This document shows, piece by piece, positions 11,701 through 21,793 of a stretch of DNA of 64,000 nucleotides. Made by a program: the position numbers and the translations under genes. This stretch comes from Balanoglossus misakiensis. Its lineage: Eukaryota > Animalia > Hemichordata. The stretch spans positions 15,360,998-15,424,997 of the forward strand of contig CM082578.2 in the NCBI GenBank assembly GCA_040954595.2, read 5' to 3'. Within the stretch, counting starts at the first letter, position 1, and each line of letters starts with the position of its first letter. Below the pieces are notes generated by a model that worked only from the letters and a program-made list of their open reading frames with translations, did no database searches and was not told where the DNA came from.

Positions 11701-14700
11701 TCAATTTTGATATTTGATATACAAATTTCCCACAAATTTTTTATTAAAATTAATATCACAGCAGATAGCTGTTGGCTGCTTTGCTGCTTGTTTATTGATA
11801 AGTTGGTGGATAAATATGAAAACTAGATGAGGGTCACACAATTACATATGAATTATTTTGCAGACGATACCCATGGGAGAATGACATCAAATTTAAATAT
11901 AAATAAAAGCCATGACAACTGTTAAGTTTGGTCACTGAAGTCAAGAATTCCATATCTAATCTAAAGGAAACAATAACTAAGGATTGATATAGCTGAAACA
12001 TTCACTACATCTTTCCAAACAAAAGACAGTAACAATCCTGTCAGAAAACTTAATGTAATACCATATATATTATTAAAGCCAGCATCTCTGCTGTATTGTT
12101 TCCATGGTAACAGAATGTCTGTTGACGAATTCATGTCACAGCCTTTGGCTGTAGACTGGCTGATGTCTTTCATGTTTTGAATGAGCTTCTCATCCTTGTG
12201 TTCCTGTGCACGCTTTCATTTTGAAGGAAATACTTTGAGATAACTAGCAATTTTATTTTTTCTGTATTTCTAGTAGTTGTCATTTGCATATGACTGATGC
12301 TGTCCTACGGATGTGATTGTGCAAAATTGTTGACATTACTGCATTTGCAGTACATGCATTAAGTTTTGGATAGCTTGAAATTAATTTCTTTTCATTATTT
12401 GTAAAACCAGCATATCATAGGCTAGGTCACCATTGATTCTATACTTCTTATAACTCTTACTAGCAGCCTTCACATCTAAGTTCAAATTCATCATAATTGG
12501 CTCAATTATTTTACAAAAGTGAATCCATAGCTGTTTACTCCAGCAGTTTACCCTCTGATGTCTGAATAGGTGATAATTTTTCATGGTAGCCTGTGATAAC
12601 GTCCATATGTTTATTACAACTGGGAGATATGTGTAAAAGTGTAAAATTTAAAAAACAATGAAATCAGTTGGAACCAATTTAACACCATCATAAACATCAT
12701 GGGAAGGTTATTAACCATACCTGTAGAAGTCTTTTTTCCCCAAAGTGATGTATTACAACTGAGGTTTTAAAAAAGCAACTTGGGGCTTGTGCGTGATAGC
12801 ATATTTTCAGTGAACCTTTGTTAAAAACACTTTTCTCCCATCTCTCTCTCTTCACGTTCTGTGTCTCCCTCCCCATAGTATCCCCTTAATGCTTTACTAA
12901 CATTTCTTGCCTGCAGAGTTTTACATGTGCAATAATGAACACAACACACAATCAAACTCATCTGTATTTCTGAAAAACGACTTAAGCCACCCGGCAAATA
13001 TGAAATGCTAACTCTATGGTGGAGTTGGTGGATTCTCTACTCTCCAGCTTCCGTTTATTTGCACTTTCTGTCATTTTCTGTCTATCTTCTTAATTACATT
13101 AGAGTTTCATTTGTTCCTTAGTTTGTCCAATTTTCTTTTGGGTCATATTCAGCAAGGATGGTTTTTGAAATATAGGAGAAAACACAGATCCAAAGCTAGG
13201 AGCCTTGAATCTGTCCAAATTCCAGTATACAAGAATCCGTTTGCATATATTTTTGACATTATCATGTTATAAAATCATGAAACATTGTAAAGTCTTCCAA
13301 GCTCTCCTTATAAGTGCTTTTTATTTTTTGCTGGTCGGCTTTTTATATTTTAATTGTCACTTTGACTGAGTCTGTGAACATTTTTCAGATTCTATAAACC
13401 TCTCATGAACGCTTGCTTGCAGGGAGAAGTCTGCAGCCACTAAGACTGAGCCCAAATCTGACTCTAAAGCAGGTGAACCAAAGTCTGGTTCTACTGCTTC
13501 ACCTAAAACTCCTTCTAAAGAGGCTGCTGCCCAGCCTCAATCTGTTCCCCAGCAACCACCTTCTAGTAACAATGAAAACACTAGCTCCTCTGATAATGGT
13601 GTAGGGTAGGTGCTTGGATCTTTCCAGCTTTTCTTTTCTTTTCTTTTCATTTCTTTTTCTCTACATCTCATATTGCTTAGTCATTGTAGCTAAATGTACT
13701 CTGCAAGCTGTAGATGAGTCTGTCACTCTTTGCCTCTTAAACTCTTCTTTCTATCTGTTATCGCACACCTACCGGTACAATCATAATTAACAATTGACAT
13801 ATTCAGTCATGCATGTATGCATGCGTTTCATAAATAATGCCATATACATGTACTGCTTGTCATTTAGTAATTGTCATAGCCTTGTCATAGCCTCTGCATG
13901 CCCTCAAAAGGTCACAAAGTTGCATCTGAAGTTCAGATTTCAACTTGTAATGATGTCAACAAACCACTGCTAAGATTAAAGAAAGGATACTATTCCTGTG
14001 CACTGGTACCACATCACATAGAATAGCCTGACTATGTTCAGTTTACCTACACGTACATTTTGTAGTTTTGAACAGCAAATGGGTAACTTCTAACACTTCT
14101 AACAGTATTATGGTAGTTATAATCCTAACCATTATCTTGTTTATAACCACAGGAATATTGATAGTAAAAGCACAAATGCTAATACAGTTGATATAGAAAC
14201 ATTGGGGTAGGTACATGTAACAAGAAAATACATGTAGCAGAATCCCTAGTTGGTCTTTTGGTGTACTCTTATGTGTAAACCTAGGATTTGCTGCATGAGT
14301 AGTGGTACTTGTAAAGTATATAGGTTAATAGGTATTGTTTTGGGTAGAGATGTTTAGGTGCATGTACATGTACTAGGCTGTATAATATAGTACAATACAA
14401 TGTAATAGTTTACAGCAATCTTATCTCTCTACACATACTGGGGTATGTGCTCAATTTTTCCAACGTGAACTGATTCCTTTTTTTCATCCATACTGGAATA
14501 TATCCAGATGACAACTTGTTTACAAGCATGTCATGTGGGCTTGATAAAAGTTATTAACTTTTATCAAGCCCACATCAACATGACATGCCCACATGACATG
14601 CAAACAGTCTGTTTGTTTTCATCCTCTGTCCGAACGAGAACAAGACTTTGAACATACTAACTAAGGGTTGATATTAAAGCTGGTATAGTTGCTTGTCTTT

Positions 14701-17700
14701 CCCCTGTGTAAAAAATACCGTAGTGATGTGAAAGAGTACTCTTTAACAATCACAAATTAGGTATTAATTATATTCCAGGATCATTCACAGAATTCAAAAT
14801 TCTCTTAGAAGTCAACAGCTTAAAAACAGTGTTTGAATTTGTTTTTTATTTGTGTCTTTCTGCAGAGGAGGTGCCAACTATCCAGACCTTTCCGAGCATA
14901 ACAATTGGATGTCAAAATGCCTGAAACCACAAATCTACAAAAAGCTGCAGAATTTGAAGACCCCATCTGGTTTTTCTTTAGACCAAGCCATCCAGACTGG
15001 CGTGGACAATCCTGGCCATCCTTTCATCATGACTGTTGGTATGGTCGCTGGTGATGAAGAAAGCTACGAAGTGTTCAAAGATCTGTTTGATCCAGTCATC
15101 GATGGGCGTTTCAACGGCTACAAAGCAGATGCCAAGCACAAAACCAACCTCAACCCTGACCATCTTATTGGCGGCGACGACTTGGATCCCAACTATGTGT
15201 TGTCATCCAGAGTTCGCACAGGGCGTAGCATCCGTGGTTATTCCCTGCCACCCCAGTGCAACCGTGCAGAGAGGAGAGACGTGGAGAAGATTTGTGTTGA
15301 TGCACTGGGCACCTTGGACGGTGAACTGAAAGGAAGCTATTACCCACTGGCTGGTATGACAGAAGAGCAGCAGGAGAAATTGATCGAAGACCACTTCCTG
15401 TTTGACAAACCCGTATCTCCCCTTCTGTTGGCATCAAGAATGTCACGAGATTGGCCTGACGCACGTGGCATTTTCCACAATGATGAGAAGAACTTCCTGG
15501 TCTGGATAAACGAGGAAGACCACACCCGTGTCATTTCAATGGAGAAAGGAGGAAACATGAAGGCAGTGTTCTCCCGTTTCTGCAATGGCCTTAACGCAGT
15601 GGAGAAAGCCATCAAAGGAAAGGGCTATGAGTTCATGTGGAATGAGCATCTTGGCTTTGTGCTGACCTGCCCGTCCAACCTGGGTACTGGTCTCCGCGCC
15701 GGTGTACATGTCAAGCTACCCAAACTGAGCACACATGCCAAGTTCGGCGAAGTACTCACTGAGCTGCGGTTACAGAAGCGCGGTGCTGGTGGTGTTGACA
15801 CGGTATCAACTGATGGTATCTTTGACATTTCTAATCTGGATCGTCTAGGAAAATCCGAAGTTCAGTTGGTGCAGTTAGTGGTGGATGGCGTCAAACTCCT
15901 GGTGGAAATGGAGAAGGCTCTGGAGAAGGGTGAATCCATCGACAGCCTCATGCCAGGTTCCAAGAAAGATCCAGAACTGGCTGACTACCCAGATCTGTCC
16001 AAACACAACAATCATATGGCCAACGTGATGACACCACACATATACAAGAGCCTGAAAGACAAGAAAACACCAAAAGGTTTCACCTTGGATGATGTCATCC
16101 GGACAGGTGTGAAGAACCCCGGTCACCCGTACATCATGACTGTAGGATGTGTGGCAGGAGATGAGGAGAGCTACGAAGTCTTTGCCGATTTGTTCGATCC
16201 GATCATTGATGCCCGTCACAGTGGTTATGGAAAGGATGCCAAGCACAAGACTGATCTCAACCCTGACAACATCAAAGGGGACGGTGTATTTGATGCGAAA
16301 TATGTGTTGTCTTCTCGAGTTCGCACTGGTCGTAGCATTCGTGGATATGCCCTGCCACCCCACAACACAAAGGAAGAACGAAAGGAAGTGGAAAAGATCG
16401 TCTCTGATGCGCTGTCAAAGCTTGATGGTCCACTGAAAGGGACCTACTACCCGCTGGAAGGCATGACAGAAGCGACACAAGACAAGCTGATTGAAGATCA
16501 TTTCCTTTTTGACAAGCCTGTGTCTCCACTACTGACAGCTTCCAACATGGATCGCGATTGGCCAGACGCCAGAGGTATCTGGCACAACGAGGAGAAAAAC
16601 TTCCTTGTTTGGCTCAATGAAGAAGATCACACCCGTGTCATCTCCATGCAGAAGGATGGAAATATGAAGGAAGTATTTGCCCGTTTCTGTGATGGCCTCA
16701 ACAAGGTAGAAGCAGCAATCAAAGAAGAAGGCAAAGAGTTCATGCATAATGATCATCTTGGATTCGTATTGACTTGTCCATCAAATCTCGGTACAGGTCT
16801 ACGAGCTGGTGTGCACGTCAAGTTGCCAAACATGAGCAAGTGCGACAAGTTTGATGATATCCTCAATGCCTTACGACTGCAGAAACGTGGAACTGGTGGA
16901 GTTGACACAGCCTCTACGGATGGTACCTTTGATATCTCCAATGCAGATCGCCTGGGCTTCTCTGAAGTTGAACTGGTGCAGGGTGTCATCGATGGTGTCA
17001 ATCTTCTCATTGAGATGGAGAAGAAACTAGAGAGTGGTGAATCTATCGATGACCTGCTGCCAGAAGCGGTTAAACCCAAACCACCTGTCAAAGTCTTCAG
17101 CAGCAACTACCCTGACCTCTCCAAGCACAACAACTGGATGGCCAAGTGCATGACTGAAGAAATCTACAACAAGCTAGCAGATAAGAAGACGCCAAAGGGA
17201 TTTACAATCGACGAGGCCATTCAGACCGGCGTTGACAACCCTGGTCACCCATTCATCATGACTGTGGGATGTGTTGCAGGAGATGAAGAGAGCTATGAAG
17301 TCTTTGCCGATTTGTTTGATCCGGTTATTGATGGCCGCCATGGCGGTTACGGAAAGGATGCCAAACACAAGACCGACCTTAACCCTGACAACATCAAAGG
17401 GGATGGTCTGTTAGATGAAGAATTTGTACTGTCATCCAGAGTCCGCACTGGACGTAGTGTACGGGGATATACACTGCCACCATTCTCTGACAGAGCTGAT
17501 CGTAGGGAAGTGGAGAAGATTGGCAAGAATGCCTTAGCTTCACTGTCTGGTCCCCTCAAAGGCAAGTACTATCCCTTGAAGAGCATGTCGGATCAGGAGC
17601 AAGAGCAGTTGATTAATGATCACTTCCTCTTCGACAAACCAGTCTCGCCTCTCCTGCTAGCATCCAACATGGCCCGGGATTGGCCAGATGCGCGTGGTAT

Positions 17701-18280
17701 CTGGCACAACAACGAGAAGAATTTCCTCGTCTGGATCAACGAAGAAGATCACTACAGGGTCATATCCATGGAAAAAGGAGGCAACATGAAGGCGGTGTTT
17801 ACACGTTTCTGCGATGGTCTGAATAAAGTTGAAACCTCCATCAGGAAAGCTGGCAAAGAGTTCATGCATAATGATCGCCTTGGGTACATCCTGACCTGCC
17901 CGTCCAACTTGGGCACAGGCCTGCGTGCTGGCGTCCATGTCAAACTGGTCAATCTGTGCAAGCATGACAAGTTTGAGGCAACCCTGGAGAATCTTCGTCT
18001 TCAGAAGCGTGGCACTGGTGGTGTTGACACAGCATCCACCGACGGTACCTTTGACATCTCCAACGCCGACAGACTGGGCTACTCCGAGGTGGAACTGGTC
18101 CAGATGGTGATCAACGGAGTTCAACTCTTGGTCAAGATGGAGAAGAAACTGATTGCAGGTGAATCAATTGATGATCTCATCCCAGCAGAGAAGATCAAGA
18201 ATGCAGATGACATCAAATTGGAGGATGACAAGCCAGCCGAACCGGCAGCAGAACCAGCTGCCGAACAAGCAGCTGAATAA
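8723..18280 (+). CDS. Flagellar-type (three-domain, triplicated) creatine kinase with an N-terminal myristoylation/palmitoylation leader, ~1217 aa in the longest splice model
   Basis: Exons 8723-8753 ([10 protein letters not shown]), 9181-9190, 10646-10660, 13423-13605 and 14866-18280 join in frame (3654 nt). The giant exon encodes three complete CK domains (~14876-15950, ~15980-17060, ~17105-18185). Each has the creatine-specificity loop GV(D/K)NPGHP(F/Y)[19 protein letters not shown], the catalytic [12 protein letters not shown] and RG(A/T)GGVDT. A myristoylated, triplicated CK is the known architecture of sea-urchin sperm flagellar CK. Confidence 0.93.
10584..10597. promoter_or_regulatory. 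RFX X-box (perfect palindrome) in CK intron 2
   Basis: GTTGCTATAGCAAC, a 14-bp palindrome matching the RFX consensus. Confidence 0.55.
12098..12111. promoter_or_regulatory. RFX X-box in CK intron 3
   Basis: GTTTCCATGGTAAC matches the 14-bp X-box consensus. Confidence 0.5.
14526..14601. repeat. Nested inverted repeat / perfect hairpin in CK intron 4
   Basis: 21-bp perfect arms ATGTGGGCTTGATAAAAGTTA-T-TAACTTTTATCAAGCCCACAT (14533-14575). In addition, 14526-14540 is the reverse complement of 14587-14601. Confidence 0.9.
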
Positions 18281-19921
18281 AAAGAAGTACAAACTTTTAA
18301 CATCAGTCTGAGTGTCATTCACATGAAATGAATGAGCGTCATCCATTTATGCTAAGAACATATGAAAAAGATCTACATGCATCTGAAATTGTTTTGATGC
18401 AGCAATCAGATCAGATTGATGAATAAAACCAATTAAATTTACAGATGCTTTCCTGTTTTATGTTTTGCAGCATTTTTAAGCAGACTTAGGTCCATGTGCC
18501 TTCATATCAGACAGAATTTGACATTACCCCCACTTCAATGTGTACAATTGCCAACTTTTAACACTAAACCATTAGACAAAAATTGCAATCTCCTTGATTT
18601 AAATGGCGAACAGTAAATGTTTTCTCTGTAGATAACACTGTTTGGTGCTATATTTCATCATTTGTATTTACAAATACTTTAAATTGGTCACATGAAACTG
18701 ATGAAGCTTTATATGTACATATAATGTTGTTATGAAGTCCTGCACCAGTCAGAATTGCCTTATCCATTTTGTGTGAAATTTTGTCCAAGAAAAATATGGT
18801 GCAGTGAACAACATGTTTGCAGTTTAATACTAAAAAAGAAAAACAATGATTTCTTGAGTACGTAGTGATACTCGAAAACAAAAGTTTTCATGCTGAAATT
18901 AAAATTATTTTGCCAAAGATGAAATCACTTGATACAAAAGCTGACAAAGTTTCCTGGGGTTTTAACACAAAAATGGACTTTTCTTACACTCTTGCCAATT
19001 CCAGTAAAGCAGTTTGGGAAAAAATTAAAATTACAAAGGAAGAGCCATTTTTTTAAAGTCAAAGAATACATGTTGTAAGGTCAAGGTCAACTGCCAACTG
19101 AAAAAAAAGCACAAATTTAGTGCATTAATCAGTGTTGCAAGAATTTCTTCTTATAGTACATGAATTGTGTACTAACGTTTTTGTACTTGCCCAATGCCCA
19201 GAGTCAAATTTTAAATTTTCAGTCTGGTTGACATGAACTTGACCTTATTCTTGATTGGTTTCCGGTAGTTTGCTTTTTTTGCTGAATTTTACAGAATGTA
19301 GACTGTGTACTTGTAACAGAAAGCCAAGTACAGCATAATATTTGATAGACTTATCATTTGTGTTGAATGGCTTGTCTTATGGGTCACATTTACAGAGTAT
19401 GTACATAATCTTCATACAAACTAAATTTCTAAACGGTATTGTTTATATTCCTACTATTAATGTGTGCCACTAATGTTCGACTGTGTTATCCTTAAATTGT
19501 GTGTTGCTACATATTTTAAGATTCAAGTATTTATGACTTGGCTTGCCTTGAAAGACTGTATTTATTGTGTGTGTAAAATACTGTTCATTTCCATGTTTGA
19601 AATGGAAACATTCTACAAATCTCAGCATCTTGAACTGAGACAAATCTATTTTTGATATGCCCCTCGGTCATATCCTGTCCCAGGACCAAGGCATTCAGAA
19701 TTCAGAAACCGTCCATATTTTCTCAGCATAGCAAAAAAAATTCAATTCAACAAAAATGAAATTTGTAAAGCTTTTTCAAGATTTCTTGCTTTTATTATTC
19801 AACCTGTTTGTAAATAATCTGTTTTATTAAAATTTCCTGAATTCAACCATGGAATTTTACTATCATTTGATATTAATGAAAGTTGAAATGGCCAATTGTT
19901 TTATAGTTGAAAAAAAGAAGC

Positions 19922-19927
19922 AATAAA
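19922..19927 (+). other. Candidate poly(A) signal of the CK gene, convergent with the NUAK 3' end (minus-strand signal at 20375-20380)
   Basis: AATAAA followed by GT-rich sequence. TTTATT at 20375-20380 would serve the opposing NUAK transcript. Confidence 0.4.
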
Positions 19928-21793
19928 AAAGAAAAAATGTGTGCTGTTACGGAATGTTTCTGTATATTTGTGTCTGAAGTGAATGCAAGTGCAGAATGAA
20001 TCTTACAGCTAGCAGTGGTCAAAACAGACCAGACACCCTAGTTGATAACTCTCTTGTTAATTTCCATTGATGTTTCTTCCACAACAACAGGAAAATGTGG
20101 GGAGATTGGATGAAGACATTACAGGCCTAAAACACAATAGCTGCCTCTGTTAATCGATAAAATACTCCAAATCTTCAGTCAACAATTGACAACATTTTGA
20201 ATTTGTGGAGGATCTAATAACCATGCATGTGTGTGCACATGGGATCCTGAAAATAATATTCCATTAGAAAAGAAAATCTATCTGGTTGTTTTTGTTGGCT
20301 TGTTGACATACCAAGTTATGTCGTCAACTCATTAATCAAGCAACAGAAACATTAGGGTTTTTGTTCAGTGTATCTTTATTCTGCTTTGAAGTTAATAAGT
20401 GTATCTTCAATTCAGAAAGAAAAGTGTAAACAGTTTGTCTTGAAGTGAACATACAACATAGTACACAAGTCAAAATAAAAGGCCATGCATTGACGAATTA
20501 TTTTTATATCGAACTATAGAGGGCGCTATATACTTCGGAGAAAGCCATGCTTTATACCGCTTCAATTTCATTGATGAAATCATGTCAAATTACACATTGC
20601 TATTTTTTTCCTACATCATAGTCTAAATGGTTTAACTAGATTTTGATTGACATCTCTTGATGGAAATTTTTGGAAACATTATAGTGACTCACTCAGCCTC
20701 AGGGGTGCAAACTCACTTGGAAGACACTCAAAAGAGAAGCAATTTTGGCAATAGTATGTTGTGATATAAATTGCATAGAAACAATAAGAAAAATTGACAG
20801 ATGAAAGTATTTCAATTTTCTGGCTGACTATTGTATAATGTGACCATAAAAATTATGTATGCTATTTTTCAGCCTTACGCCATTTCTTACAAAGTTGTTT
20901 TTTTCAGGCTTTTACATTTGGCACATTTCCTTTTGGTTATGCAATTCAATATTATGATAAATTTAGTTCCACCGAGTGCTATTTAGTACTTGAGTTATTT
21001 GAATGGACAGCCTAATAGCAAGCACTGACCATACATTTTTAGCATACTTTGACATTTCTAAAATGTGATCTGGAGGAATTCTGATTGTCAGTCAACAATT
21101 TGAAAGGCGCCACCAGTTGGCCAATAGTTAAAAACTGAAAAGGCCTTTTTAAAATTTAATTTACATATTGCATTGAGTTTCCCAAGCACAAAATGAGATT
21201 GCACATTAAACGGATAGCTTCTAAAACCGGCAAGATCGACAATGACAAAGTACTATAAATATTTCACCTCAGAATATGGAATGGTAAATTGCGTGGCACA
21301 GATGAGCAAGGGTACCATCACACTTCAACATAAATTTTATGTAAAATATCAAATATGAACACAGTTTGTCTTCCCAGGAAGATAAAATAGGAAATATTGC
21401 ATTTTCATCAAACCAATAAATAGAGTTCAGACCGCGACTAACTTGTATTGTTGGGCTCATTGACATTCCATTGAGTTGTGATGTGGGGATCGAGTCACTA
21501 GCATGTTAGTTATCTAATATCACATCAATTCATATCGAACGAACTGTGCTTGTCTAAAATCATACACCTAATGTTAATTATCTACAATTTAAACCTTTGA
21601 TGGCCAGCTTAATTTCGGGTGGCCACTGTCATAATGGCCGGCTTTGTTTAACTTAGCACCATATGTAAATATATTTGTACATGGTTTGTTTTCTTTGTCG
21701 AACAAGAAGTTGTTCTTTAAGTCTGGATGTGAAATCTGACTCAATGAGATGTCATCTGTATAGGGTATACGCCCTTGCAAGTACAGTTTTTGT

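Noticed and set aside
13389-13422. Alternative upstream acceptor (TTTTTCAG at 13388) for the 183-nt CK exon
   Set aside because: The extension contains an in-frame TGA in the frame needed to read into the exon.
13413-13604. 63-aa Leu-rich ORF
   Set aside because: It is the wrong frame of the CK leader exon. The spliced frame reads [11 protein letters not shown]...DNGVG.
14852-14865. ORF-track start MSFCR for the 1142-aa CK ORF
   Set aside because: It is a GTG within the polypyrimidine tract. The acceptor AG at 14864-14865 marks the real exon start.
14978-18346. Numerous overlapping and antisense ORFs inside the CK exon (similarly in NUAK exon 6, the HAO genes and the collagen exon)
   Set aside because: They are expected by-products of codon bias in real coding sequence and have no recognisable domains.
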